DNA of 64,000 nucleotides, taken from positions 992,001 through 1,056,000 of the forward strand of contig CM022670.1 of assembly GCA_012295275.1 (NCBI GenBank), given 5' to 3'. Under the pieces are notes generated by a model. That model was not told the DNA's origin and searched no databases. It saw only the letters and a list, made by a program, of their open reading frames with translations. The position numbers were made by a program, and so were the translations under genes. Below are positions 1-20,400 of the stretch, piece by piece (position 1 is the first letter of the stretch; each line of letters opens with the position of its first letter). Origin of the DNA: Chrysomallon squamiferum. Its lineage: Eukaryota; Animalia; Mollusca.

Positions 1-43
1 ATTAAATAAAACAAAAATATGATCCACATGGTAATAATTAATG

Positions 44-1051
44 TTAAGACTTCTTATATGATGATGAATATAAACAAGCAAGTTCTTTGGAAAATCTGTG
101 CAAGGGTAAACCCATCACATTAAAGTAATCTCCCTTGATTGCCTCGACCAGAGTTCCACCTAGTGACTGAATACCATAGCCTCCAGCCTTGTCCCTGAAA
201 ATACAGCAGTGTTTTAAACAGCAGGCAAAGAAAACCAAATTACTAACTTGACAAATAAGTAGATAAACAATATTAAAAATATAGTTTAAAAAAAGGTGAA
301 ATAATAATATTATTAAAATATTGATGAAAACTATTTGAATCAGAATATATAATAAAAGTAAAAAAATGTTGTTTAATATCTGCTAATATTTATATGTTTA
401 TTATTTTATATTATTCATTTAACCCAATACTGATTCAATATCAGCTTCAACCCAGAACACACACGTACATACACACATGGAAAATATTACAAACTCACAG
501 TGGTTCTCCAGTGTTGATGTAACAGTTGATCATTTCTGGAGTCATTTCTGTCATCACAACTTCCGTAGACTCGGAAAACTGCTTTATTCTGAACTGTCCA
601 TCTTCTGTCAGTGTTCCACCTGTAACAAAATAATAATAAAAAAATAAACAAAAAATAAATAAATACATAAATAAATAAATAGATAAATAAATTAAACAGA
701 CCACCAGAAAAATAAAATAATAATAAATAAACAAATAAATTAAATAATTTTTTTTTTTTAAATTTAAATTTAAAAAAAGGAGAACACCTAAAATTAATTA
801 GAATAAAACATTCTTCTGAGGAACAGTGGAAAATTCTAGAATGTCTTGAAAAACAGCATTTGACTGTACTTATGTTTCACTGAGAATAAAAGACAAAAAG
901 GAAGAAATCTGGTTTTTGATTTAAAACTAAAGTGCACTGGAAGAGACAGAGATTCTGACTTGAAATATTATGCTTTTACCTTGAAATATACTTGACATTG
1001 AATTTGTTTACAAATGTAAGAATCAATATATAACAATTTATTATTATTTAA

Positions 1052-1104
<53 letters not shown>

Positions 1105-3292
1105 CTATAACAAGAATAATAATTTTCAATAAATTACAATAAGAATAAACACTGGTTCAACAGCATCTCATATGAACAGCTACTAGATCTTAAACTGACT
1201 TTATTTCTTTTGTAATGACAGAATGGGAGAGAATGTTTACTGTTATCATCCCAAGACTTCTCTGAACTACTGGAATCATTCAAAATGATTTTCTACTCAC
1301 ATGATAGCAAACATCACAAAGTATTGAATGGAATGCATCCAGATGGATGTATAACAATCCATTAACTAACAATTCCTTAGACAAATACACCAAAACTTAG
1401 CTAATATTTACTTATATCATTTGTTTTATACTGAATGTTACCTCAAAATTATATTGCAACTATTTTTTTTTTTTTTTTCCTAATACAAATTCTATAAAAA
1501 TTTATCAAGAAATATTTCTTTTGAAAAAATCTTTCATTGTTTACTGTTAGGAATCACAAGAAACATATCAGTAAAAGTTTCTGTTGTTTACTGAAAAACT
1601 TGATAGAAAATTTTAATAAAGAAGAAAGGTAAAATTACCTGCTAATGATGGAGGTGTTATGAGAACAACACCTGTATAAACTGTGTGAGTTCTACCACTG
1701 AATCTAAATACAAACAAAGTAATTATTTACAACTGTTAATTAGGTAGAAATAATCATATATATCTTATTATTGTTAAAGATTATTATTATTTATTAATTG
1801 ATATAAATAAATAAACAAATAATACAAAACTTGTAAAAACATTCCTCAGTTATTAAACTGTTATTAAACTGCAAAGAAAGGAAAAATATTATGAAATTTC
1901 AAAAATATTTATTGATATGTACATATATATATGTGTGTGTGTGTAATTATTTAATCTAAACACACATATGACAATAATGGTGTAAATATATATACTTGTT
2001 CCAAAATCAGTCTGTGTATTTTTGTGTACAATTATTGTTGTTCTTGTTGTTGTTATTATTAAAATTAATAAAATATATTCTGTAGAAATCCCAGTTATAA
2101 TCAAGTGAAATGTTATAAAATGTTTAAATGTTTACTTTGAAAGCATGTCAAATGCATCCTGATGATCTTTGGGTTTTTCATAAATTTTGTCATCCAGAGC
2201 CACCACAGTGTCTGCTCCTATAATCAAGTCAGGCAACTTCTGAATGTTTTATGCACAAAAACAAAAAAGAAATTTATTTTATTAAACATATATTGAAACT
2301 AATGTTTCTTTTTATCTGTTCTGTTAACAGGTGTTAATATTAAATATTTTATCATTACACCAAAACACACATAAACAGAAAAAAAAAATGTATTAAAATA
2401 ATAAAAATCTGAAAGCACAAAGGGGAATAACTTCAAGTAAATAATTAGTACATTCATATATCGATTTTATGGCAAAAAGTATTAAATTATTAAGAATAAT
2501 TAGCCTGAACTATACATTAATTAACTTTTAAATTACATTTTCTTGTTTTGAAAACTGCTTGGCAACAGCAAGTGTTTTAAGACGAGCATTTTCCATAGCA
2601 TAATGACTGGGATGTGAAAACTTGGCTTTGTCAAGATTTTCTTCAAATGATGACAACACAACTTCAAATTTCAGTCCCTGGTGGTGAAGGATTAAAATTA
2701 TAAAAAGTATATAAATAAATTAGAAAAATAAAAATTAGATACACAGTGTAATTTGCACAAAATTTGTTTAATGAGATAATAATTACTTCAAGTCAGTAAT
2801 ATATTTCATTACGTTTTTATAACATAATTGTCATATATTATTAACTATTTTAATAATGCTTGTAAAAGGTATTTGATATTTCTTTTTCTTTGACATGGCA
2901 GTAATGGACAGAAACAATAACTTTACATTATAACTTACGAGCATAAGCTATGTAAAAATATTAAGAAATCGTGATTACGACAGAAACAAACAAAAAAATG
3001 CCTCAGCTGTATCAGCTTTAAACACTGAGTAAGGAATATATATATTTTTAATTAAGTAGTAAAACGGTACAGTTTCATCACAGTCAATGAATCATCATTA
3101 TCTTCGATCTAGATATTAATATAAGTTTGTAATTTCTAAAATGAATAACTAATATAATGAATATTAAATATTTGTTATTCATTTTAGAAATTACAAACTT
3201 ACAACATTCTGGAGAATCTGCTTTCTACGAGGGGATCCACTTGCTAAAATAATTTTTTGTGCATTTAAAATGTTCATTATTGGTTGTAACAT
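44..3292 (-). CDS. Maf-family nucleotide pyrophosphatase (dTTP/UTP pyrophosphatase; ASMTL N-terminal-like, no methyltransferase domain), ~223 aa
   Basis: Coding exons (minus): 3292-3203, 2677-2537, 2239-2136, 1703-1639, 619-499, 194-44. All introns GT-AG with consistent phases (672 nt). Translation: [27 protein letters not shown]...FEENLDK...IIGADTVV...EKPKD...[11 protein letters not shown]...[13 protein letters not shown]...[10 protein letters not shown], which contains all classic Maf motifs. Confidence 0.93.
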
Positions 3293-3379
3293 GATGACAT
3301 ATAAACTGACTGTATTGATAGAGTTGTTAAACAAAGTACAATAACAAAGGCATGAACCTTGAAAAAATTTTAACGTTCT

Positions 3380-3800
3380 AATCAGAGCTTGCTGTTGTGA
3401 AGCACGTTTACCACGGGCACGCTTTCTGACAGGTCAGCGTGCGTGTCCGTCGCAGATACAAAGGCATGTGTCTATGAAGATATATATAATTATATGGAAG
3501 ATAAATTAACGAGACTTCCGGTTTTTTGAGAGTTCCGGCAGAGTTACTTACCGTTTGTTGACTGCTTCGATGTTCAAGGTTGATTTTTTTTCGCAAATTA
3601 TACGCATGCTGTTAAAAAAACTAGATTGAGATTAATGGTATATTTGTATAATTGAATATTCAGAGTCTAACTGTGTTGTAGTATCTTATATATGTCTTGT
3701 AAATGGTTATTATATAACCTTTTTTACGAACGTGACACATTGACACTTCGAATATCGTTGAATATCATAAATTCGTAGTTACCGTAAGACGTAACATCGA
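3380..3800. promoter_or_regulatory. Bidirectional promoter between the Maf-like gene and ABHD18
   Basis: Divergent ATGs at 3292(-) and 4102(+). CpG is locally retained in an otherwise CpG-poor window. ETS/GABP-type ACTTCCGG at 3514-3521. Candidate 5'UTR donors point outward: GTAAGT on minus at 3551-3546 and GTAAGA on plus at 3784. Confidence 0.6.
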
Positions 3801-4086
3801 ACAGTTGTAAACTTTGTATTTTAATTTTAATTATATATTTTTTAAATAAAGGTTATCAAAACGTTTTTAAAAATGTTTTTGGGCTATTTACCCTCCCAGC
3901 CAGGGTTCCTTTTTTTTTTTTTTTTTTTTTAAATCATAAATGATTACCAATACTCTTATACTGCAATAGTTTTAAAAAATGAATGTTTCTCATTTTATTT
4001 AAATGTGTGTAAGTGTGTTTTTATATATATGAATGTTTAGTTAATTGCATATTTCTGTTGCACATCAGATTATTGATTGTGACTGA

Positions 4087-10462
<6,376 letters not shown>

Positions 10463-12874
10463 TAAACTGTAAGTTTAGGAAGTTACACTCAGGAGAAGAA
10501 TGGAAGTGACTTCTAGTAACAAATGTAACTTATTAACTCTGTTGCCAGTTTCAGTATAACTGCCTAAATAATGACAACACTCAAAGTGTGGAATAATGAA
10601 TGGTTTGACTGCTGCTTTTTTTGTTTTTTTGTTGCTGTTTTTTGTTTATTGTTTCAAATCTTGTTTCAAATCAAATCTTTAAATTTTGAATGAGAACTTT
10701 TATTTTAGTTGCATAAAACATTTTATAAGCAATTTTGAGGATTTTTAAAAAATATATATTTAACACTTAAAATTTCTTTAAAGAGAAATTATTAAATGTA
10801 CAAGTGACACAATTTTTGTTATGTTTGTTTCTGATATTGTTAGCATTACTTTTTAATGTAGGTAACATGTGACTGTTTTATGTTTTTTATTTTAATCACT
10901 GAAATCTGGGAGAATGATAATGTTAGTGCTGTTGTTGAAAGTAAATTAATTAATTACTAGTATAATTCAGTGTTTTATCTGTTTTTTTAAATAATAAGTT
11001 ATCAGAAAACCTCTGTATTTAAGCTTGTGAGTAATTATAATTAGTATACAACAGCATCACACTTTTTTCTTCTTCCATCTTTAAATTACAAATACAGCAA
11101 TTCACCCAGATTTTACATTCAGCTTATTGCATTATTATATTAAGAATACGGAAATTGGTATACTGTTATTATAATCATTTTTTATTTTTATTTTTTTTAG
11201 ATATGCTAATTAGCATTTTTATAAATTTTAAATGTTATAACCTTTTTGGATTATTTTTTTTTTTGTCTGAATTTATGTTTTATTATTTTGAATTTGTTAA
11301 TTAATATTATTATGACAGTTATTATTTTTTGTTTAAGGAAATATTTTTAATTGTAAAATTAGCATAAATTAAAATTTTTGAATGCAGGATTAAGTATGTT
11401 ACTAGGCTGGTTTTATGGAAATAAAAGTATTATTAATTATGAAATTATTGGATACTAACTATTAAATTAGTATGTCAATGTTTTTTTTTTTAATTAATTT
11501 GTTTATTAATTAATTATTATTATTTTAATTATGAAATTAGTACAAATACGGAGTGTGTAACTGTTGTATCATTTTAAAGAGGTATTTAGATTATGCATTA
11601 TATAAATTTGGAATACAACAATCAGTATGTCTTTTATGATTATTTTTGTTTTAATATATACCTTTATATAGATACTATTAATCATGAAAATAATGTTTGA
11701 ACATTATGACTTACTTGATAATTATTTCATTCAGAAAATAACAATTTTATGTTCTTTAGATATTTTCCTTTAGATAACCAGTATAACGGCCATGTGGGGA
11801 CATCATAGTACAGCTTATTATAATATAAGAATTTGAAAACCAATGAACTCATTAACTATTGTTAAATAAAATTGTGTAATATAATGATTGAGAGAGTAAG
11901 TTCATTGTTACTTTTAATAATCGTGGGTATTAATATTATTTTTTATATCAGTTATTTTCTGGTCAGAACTAACTTCCAAATTTTTAAAAACAATTTATTT
12001 TCACTATTTTTTAAAATGAAAATGAAAATTAAAATTAATTTGTTGCATTGCAGTAATGCCTGGCTCTGTTGATATTTCATTTTGGTGGGTTTTTTTTATT
12101 GATATTTTTAATTTTTTAATTCTTCTTCTTGTAAATTTAAAAACAGTATATTATTTGGATGAAAGAACCTTACATAGTGCTATTTTTCTAAGAACCCCAG
12201 GTGGGTCATATTTTTATCTTGAGCATATCGCTGTTCAAAACTGACTTCTGGTCAGTGATTTTTTGAAATGTATTAGTTTTGTTATGGCTGTGTCATGATC
12301 ATTTGCAAATGCTATGATGGTTGCAGTATAAAAGAATGTTTGTGCTTTTAGTAAATAAAACAGAATTTTTGAGAAATTTATGTTTTTGTATTTTCTGTTC
12401 TTACTCATATAGTAATATCTTACTTCATAATGATTATTTTCCATAAACGCTTACATCCTTTATCATTGAAATTGTATTAAATTCTATTAATAGAAATTCT
12501 TATTTGGTGTTAAAATTATGAACAAATTGTAGTGACTTCAATGGAGCTTTTACCTTTCAAAAAACTAATTTAATTCTGATAACTGAGTTATGAAATGATG
12601 TTATTGGTAAATGAGAGGCGAAAAATAAAAATAAATTAAATTTTTAAAAATTATGTAATATGAATGCCAGTTGTAATTATGTTAAATAATTAATATGTTT
12701 GTACTAACTTACATTTCATGAATAAATTTATTGAATGAAAAAAACAACAATAACAAAGTACTCGGATCAAACTACGCACATTTACTTTGAAAGTGTAACT
12801 GCTTTCTTGGCACTTGCCCGTAAGTCCCAGTTTTACATGGTGTGACTTCTCTTCATGAGACACAGCATTACACT

Positions 12875-13562
12875 GTTGTATCTGCTTTCCCAGTGCTTGT
12901 GTCAGTGAGATCCAGTTTTACATAGTTGTATCTGCTCTCCCAGTGCTTGTGTCAGTGAGACTAGTTTTACATAGTTGTATCTGCTCTCCCAGTGCTTGTG
13001 TCAGTGAGATTAGTTTTACAAGTTGTATCTGCTCTCCCAGTGCTTGTGTCAGTGAGATTAGTTTTACAAGTTGTATCTGCTCTCCCAGTGCTTGTGTCAG
13101 TGAGATCCAGTTTTACACAGTTGTATCTGCTCTCCCAGCACTTCTGTCAGTGAGATTAGTTTTACACTGTTGTATCTGCTCTCCCAGCACTTCTGTCAGT
13201 GAGATTAGTTTTACATAGTTGTATCTGCTCTCCCAGCACTTCTGTCAGTGAGATTAGTTTTACACTGTTGTATCTGCTCTCCCAGCACTTCTGTCAGTGA
13301 GATTAGTTTTACACTGTTGTATCTGCTCTCCCAGCACTTGTGTCAGTGAGACTTAGTTTTACATAGTTGTATCTGCTCTCCCAGCACTTGTGTCAGTGAG
13401 ATCCAGTTTTACACAGTTGTATCTGCTCTCCCAGTACTTCTGTCAGTGAGATTAGTTTTACACTGTTGTATCTGCTCTCCCAGTACTTGTGTCAGTGAGA
13501 CTAGTTTTACATAGTTGTATCTGCTCTCCCAGTGCTTGTGTCAGTGAGTTTTACATTGTTGT
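12875..13562 (+). repeat. Minisatellite, ~14 copies of a 48-50-bp unit
   Basis: Unit GTTGTATCTGCTCTCCCAG(TG/CA)CTT(G/C)TGTCAGTGAGATTAGTTTTACA(T/C)(A/T) repeated head-to-tail; intergenic between ABHD18 and LARP1. Confidence 0.95.
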
Positions 13563-14956
13563 AAAAACTAAATAAGAAAAAAAAACAATTTGTAAATCAA
13601 TTTAGAAATATAAACTAATTTTGTATGTATAGCATATTTTCAGACATTTTATAAACATCTGTGACATTTTATCTATTTCATTTACATATCCGTCTGCAAA
13701 CTGTCAGTAGAACATATGATGATATTATTAAAAAACATTTCAAATCATTGTTATATATTAATGTATTTCCATTTTTTTAATATATAAAGTTCAGGGAATA
13801 AATAGATGTTAGTAGATTTTCAAAATATATTTATCACCTCTTCAGAAATAAAGTGAACTTCACAATGAAACATAATCTGAATTGTAAAAACATAAATACA
13901 ATGAGGCTCTTCATTAACAAAAACTCTTTTTTAATTTCACGTTACTGTCATGAAACAGCTTGATAACTTTCTTATTCACTTGTTGGTGAATTATGTATGT
14001 CCACACATATTATTTTCCATATTCATGGATAGACATGCAGGAAGGTGAGTAAACTGACTATGATTTTTAACTGCACATAATTATGCTACAGGTCATAACT
14101 AATAATAGTGCAATGGTCAGATCATAGAATGGTGAATAAAAAGTTCAAATGAAAGAAGACTTTCTTTAAATTTCATGACATACTGGATGTTTTGACCTGT
14201 TGTTCAGGACTATATAGAATATCTTTATATATGATAAATAATGTGACAAATACTGCTTCTGTTATATGATGGCCTATTCTATTAGGTTCGATATTCCTAT
14301 CAGTCTTGTATGGACAATGAAAATATACAGACAGCCCAGACTTCCAATGTCTTTGTCCACATCAGCAGTACTTAATGATGGTCACCAGAAGCACAGGTAA
14401 ATCTTATGGCTGTCCAGGCCTATGGTGAGTCCTGGGGCCTCCTGAAATAAAAAGTAACCCCCAGGACCTCTTAGAGTGATGTGATGGTGACCCCCTAGAC
14501 AGACACCTCTTTGCCAGGACCCAGGGTGCAAAGTCCAGTGTAGCTCAAGACTTCTAGTATTTTTATATGATACAGAGACCCTCTGAAAAAAAAAATTATT
14601 TGAGATCAGGTCAGATTATCAGAAAAGACTAAACTATTCATCCAATATATTATTACTACAGTGTATTTGTTTCTGTATTTAACTAAAACATTTTTAATAA
14701 ATTATGCCAATTTTTTTTTTTTTATTATTATTTTTTTTAATGTTACTACTTTTTAACATTCCAGTCAAAACAAATAAAAACAAAAATAACTGAAAATGTC
14801 AGGCACTTTTTTCAGAAGAATGTGATATTCTAGTCAAGTAAATATATCTACCTGTTCACCTTTTACTAGTGTAACATAAATAATTATATAATACATAACC
14901 ATATCCACCCAGTCTGTCAGTAACATACTGCTATTTACTTGTTTGCTTTTTATTTT

Positions 14957-15006
<50 letters not shown>

Positions 15007-16719
15007 GATGATGATAATAATAATTGTAATAGTAACAGTAATAATTATAATAATTAAAAATAAATAATTATTCTATAAAGAAATAATATTAATAATAGTA
15101 ACAATAATATCAGCTTAAAAATTAAGGAGTGATAATCTACAAAACAACAATTTAAATTAAAACTTGAAAAAAGAAGCAGAAATAATAGAGAAAAAAATCA
15201 TTGATGGATCCTTTTCAGGAAAAAGAAAATTTAATAGTACATTTTATGTAAGTTTTTTTGGGGGTTATTATTAAGATATTCCTTTTTATTTTCGTTTAAC
15301 TTCTTTTATTTTATTTTTTCCTTTTTCTTTTTTTTAATTTAGTGACGATATTTTATATATTATTATAGATATCTGTTTTTGTTTTACACTTTTAAGTACT
15401 AAGCTTTGTATCAAAGATAAAACTTTTATCCTTTTAAGTCAAATTGTATTTATTTTTATGAAAGTTTTTTTTTTATCTAATAACGAAAAATAATAAATAA
15501 ATAAATACATAGAATGGATAAACCAACTACTTATAAACTATTTTTTGAAACTACTAATTACACTTTAACGTGATAAATAAATAAATCAATAAAGCCTACA
15601 AAACAACAACAAAACCCTATTTTCTTCCAAAAAAAAAATTCTTTAACTGCTATTTTTAGATCTTATAATTTATTCTTACATAACAATAAATACGTCGAAC
15701 ACTAAAACGTATTTCATTTACTTTTAACAGTATTTTTTTTCTTTCTTTTACCACCTTGTTTTTAAATAATAGTTTTCGAAAACATCTAGACCACGATAAC
15801 CCAAAGACGTAATTAACGGCAAGACGTTTTCATTTTGCGTAACATTACGTCTACACCTATCACCTATCTCAGACATGTTGTTATTTGGACCGTGACTAAT
15901 CTGTTAGTTTGTTTATTCGGGTAATAAACTAGAAGCAATAAAACTGACACTTAATTTCTATTAACTGATTCTGACACTTTTAACTTATCTGAACAAAAGT
16001 CCAGTAAAGAAAATTGATAAATATTGATATTAGTATTATATACCTTGAGTGTATAAACTGGTTACAGTCTAGTCATTTCTAATTATGCTTTATGCTTTAT
16101 GCTTTCTTTCATTTGTTAAGAAACAATAATTAAAAATGTTAACAGCTTCTATTTCTTTTCTTTTTTTATTATTAAATTAAATCTTTAAAATCGAAAGATA
16201 AAAGTAAATTAATAATTTCCTAATTAATTTTCAAATAATTATTTTACAAATGATATATAATTCGTAAATGAATTAAATTACGTATTTTACCTAAGAAAAC
16301 CTATTTTCTGCTTATGTTTTTATCCATATGCTAAAATGGAAGTAATAAAACAAACAACAATAATAATGATAATAGAAGCATAACAACATAAATAAATAAA
16401 ATCATAAATATTATTTTTGATTGCTTTTTTCCAGTTCCTTTTGGTATAAAATGAGAGATATGTCAGTCTGCTTCGAGGCTTTCTTTCTTTTTTTTTTTTT
16501 TTTTTTTTTTAAATACTAGATGAGTAAGCACTGAATTTAGCACATTGTGGTTAACAAAAACAAATTAGAAAAAAAAGAAGTGTCGTGCCAAATGTTTTTC
16601 TTTTACTTTTTGCATTAAAAAATAATAATAATAAAATAAGACTTGTAGTCTTTTCCATAAATGTTTTAATGAAACAAAAAAAGGCAACTGTTAAAGTATA
16701 AATAAATAATATCACAAAC

Positions 16720-16830
16720 TAACAATCGCAAACGCGCACCCCCAATAAACATTGAGGTCAGAGGTCACAAATGGCTTCACTGAATCTTATTTGCGCATGC
16801 GCTTCCTTTTCTCGTGCATATGGCGACATG
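16720..16830 (+). promoter_or_regulatory. Candidate LARP1 core promoter: NRF1-like site, TCT/5'TOP pyrimidine tract, YY1-like site
   Basis: TGCGCATGCGC at 16792-16802, CTTCCTTTTCTC (12 pyrimidines) at 16802-16813, ATGGCG at 16820-16825. Lies in a CpG-retaining zone ~650 nt upstream of the LARP1 ATG. Confidence 0.55.
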
Positions 16831-17466
16831 TGCTCTTTGGGAAATTTCGTGTTTCTCAAGCCATGTTAGCCTTCCTGCACCGTTTATGAACGTTATTGTC
16901 TGAAAAGGTGACAAAGAAGTTTATTTCGACCGTTCTTTGTTATTTCTATACTACTTGTTCCGTAACGGTTAGGATAAAAATCTTGGAATAACTGTCTACG
17001 TGGCTCGACCATATGATGAACTGATGTATTTTTGTGTTTACTGGAAAAGGTCGCACGTTTCTGATTACTTCACCACAACAGTATATAGTGACATATATAT
17101 ACTTTATTTTATATACATTTTATTTCAGTTTTGCTTTTATTTCTCTTAGATATTTTTCTTTTGGATCCAGCAATCATGAAACATATGGACAGAGGAGGTA
17201 AAACTAAATCTTTAGTGAACCTATTTAAAATAGTATTTTTTATTTCATGTTTGTAATTACTGTTTTCCTTTATTTTAAAGTGAATGCCTTCGTTTAGAAT
17301 TACCATATAGCTTTCACGTAATTTCGTTGTACTATAAACGAGCACAACAACAGAATAAAAAAGAAAATACCAAGTTTTGTGACGGTACCAAATGATTTCT
17401 AATCAAGTTTGTTGACGCCATATTAAATGTAGATAAGAACAGCTGTTGTGTCCAATAGATAATAAT

Positions 17467-20400
17467 ATGGCTTCAATCGTGACGTCTGCCCATTCCAGTC
17501 AGCCAGACTGTGTTATTGGGAAAGGCAAAGCTGGACAAGTTTCCAGTGAAACAGTGACAAGAAAAAGTTCCAGCCGAACCCGCAATCCATCAACTAATGG
17601 AGAAGAAGGGAAGGCACCAGAAACTGTCAGTGAACCAACCTCCCCCTCAACTAATGGACCAAAAGAAAGGAAAGAAAATGAAAAAGCTGTGAAAAAATTT
17701 GACAACAAAATTTTTGTTGAAGCTCCACTTCCAAAAACCAATCCATGGAAGAAACCAAAAGATATTCCTAATCCAACTCCAAAAGGTATGTTGTTAATTA
17801 AGTAATTTAATATTGATTTTTCTGGAATGTAAAAATATATATATTTTTTTTATTTTATTTTTTTTTTGGTAATTCTGTTTCCTGCAAACATTTAATGTGC
17901 AGCTGGAAAGGATTGGCTCTGTTTAAAATGATATCAAAATTGTTGTTCAGTGCACTCGTAAATAATTTAACACCAGTGAAATACACATGATTGAAATGTG
18001 TAAGTATACAAATTCGAATGATGTCTGTCTATCGGGGACAGTAATTTCTTACTAAATGCATCCTTTGACTTTGATGATCTAATGTAAGATTTTTAATCAT
18101 GCCAAATCCTGATCCATAAATATACACAATACTACCTTTAGTCTTTCTGGCTTTTCATTATAACTGCAGTTTCAGAGGCCATCTTTATCAAGTGGAAATA
18201 ATGTTATTCACTTGACCATGCCAATATGAACAGATAAATAACTTCAGTTGTATTAAACAAAACAGCTTTATATTTGCTAGTTTGCAAAGAAATATGTCTT
18301 GTAATTTATTTCTGGACCTATTTATACTATACGTTAAAGGCTGAACATGCAAGCTACAAGTTGTTAAAAACATGAAAAATATGCACTGAATGATAATTAA
18401 TTTGTACATTAATAATATAATTATTTTAAAAATTCAATTCTTTCTTATAGCACCTAAACAAATAGTGACCTCACCCTCTAGCAAATGGAATTTACAGCAA
18501 TTTAGCTTATGGCACATCAGCATTTACATTCAGAATACTAGACCAGTTTCTTATCTATATTATTCTTTTGACTTTACTACAGTGTCACTGAATATGAAAA
18601 CCTCATCAAATAAAAATTGCTGTTCCCAGATTTTTATAAAATGTTACAAGTTGTAATTACTGATTTAAGATAAACAGCCATGTTAATTACTGTATTTTCA
18701 GTACTGGTAGCATTATAATTTAAAAAAAAAAAAAAAAGAGTATTAAAAAGTGGTTTAGAAATTGAGAAAGAATGATATTGAGATAAAATTAAAAAGGAGA
18801 TAATAACCTTTATCCCCCTAATCTGTTAACCATTGTTTTATCCAAGCAGCAGGTTCAGCGATGTATTGATTAGCTTAGTTACATTCATGATGAATAACTT
18901 GAAATGGTCTTGTTAAAATGACTTCATTCTGAATGAAACATCTGTCTACTAGTGGAGTATTTCTTTTTTTTTACAAAATATAAACTTACCAGCGATTCTT
19001 TAAATTCTTGAATATTAAACACGTTTTATCCACACATTTATAATACTTATTGCAGACATGTTAATAAACTTGTGTAGTTTTATTTCAATTCATGCTGTAA
19101 CAAGTAGATGGATTTTTAAAACAGTTCAACTGAAAGCAGGATGTCCTGTAACTGTGTGATATCATAATTCATGGTGACCCATTTGGAATGAGGATATTTC
19201 ATTTTAGGGTGCATAACAAGTCATTCGGGCTGTATGTGATTCTTACTGAAGTAACTTGTATAAAATGTTAATATTTAATACCTAAGGCAGACTTTAACTC
19301 AGATACAACAGTGCAGAACTAAGGTGAGAAATTCCTGTGACAATATTTAGTGCACTGATTAGGAGCTTCCTGACCTAGACAGTGGTTTATTAATATCTAC
19401 AGTTTATGAACTGTTTGCATGTGGGAAGGTGTGTGTGAAAGATCTCTTGCTGTTAAGTAGGAATAAATACAGGTTTCTTTCATATATTGTCATCTTGGTA
19501 CCTAAAAAGCTCACAACAAAATAAATTGATTTTTATCAACTAGATATATTTTTTTATTGGTATATTTAATAAAAATGAAAGTCTGAATTGCAGCGTTTAG
19601 CAGGATCCATTCCAGTCAGTGTCCTAAGACTGGTGCTTTATGTTTTCGCTACAGGAATAAGTTACAAATATTGCTGATTAGAAAAGAATAACCCGTTATG
19701 TTATGGCAGCTGGTTTCTTGCATATTATCATAACAGAATTACTTAATGACACTTACTGTTATCTGAAAAATGCATTTTGTTAAACATTCATAAATGTATT
19801 AGCTGTGTATGTGAAACATCCCTTCATGTTACTTAACATGAACTTATCAACACTGCTTAACGAGTTAATGTTTAATAATTAATAGTTGTTAAAAAGAAAC
19901 AGATCCTCACATAATTTATTAGTTGTATTACATTAAATTGATTTTGAAGAATGCTTTTTTTCTAGAAAAAGAAATCCTCATAAAAACTCGTTTAATGGCA
20001 ACAAACAATATTATAAATTCAGAACCTGTTCAGTACAAAAAAAAAAAAAAAAAAAAAAAAATCTCTAATGAGTATCTGATAATATTCTGAGTGTACAGAT
20101 TAAGCATTTACTCATATTATTAAAACAAATCTATTTGATCTAGCATATTTTTTCCTTTAAATTTAACACATGTAAAAATAAATTGAGTGGTTTCAATGAT
20201 AAGCATATCACTTTCAGGTGTTTAATAAATTAATAATGCATAAATAAAATTTCTATTTCATACAAAACCTACCTCTTTCAAATCAGACTTGATATATAAT
20301 TTGACTGTAAATAACTTGTACATCAACTGAGGGATTTTTCTATTGAATGGTGTCATAATGTATAATAAACATGAATATTTATTATTTATTTAAAACAAAA

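Noticed and set aside
12875-13562. CRISPR-like regular repeats and ORF 12943-13218
   Set aside because: No unique spacers, eukaryotic context, and unit length is mostly not a multiple of 3; it is a minisatellite.
14400-14560. GC-richer island with AAAGTAACCCCCAGGACC, superficially RNase MRP-like
   Set aside because: Lacks the exact P4/CR-I and CR-V motifs; more likely a repeat fragment.
18885-18935. ATGATGA...CTGA pair (similar pairs at ~22743-22791 and ~29831-29907)
   Set aside because: No C'/D' boxes or identifiable guide; expected by chance in AT-rich DNA.
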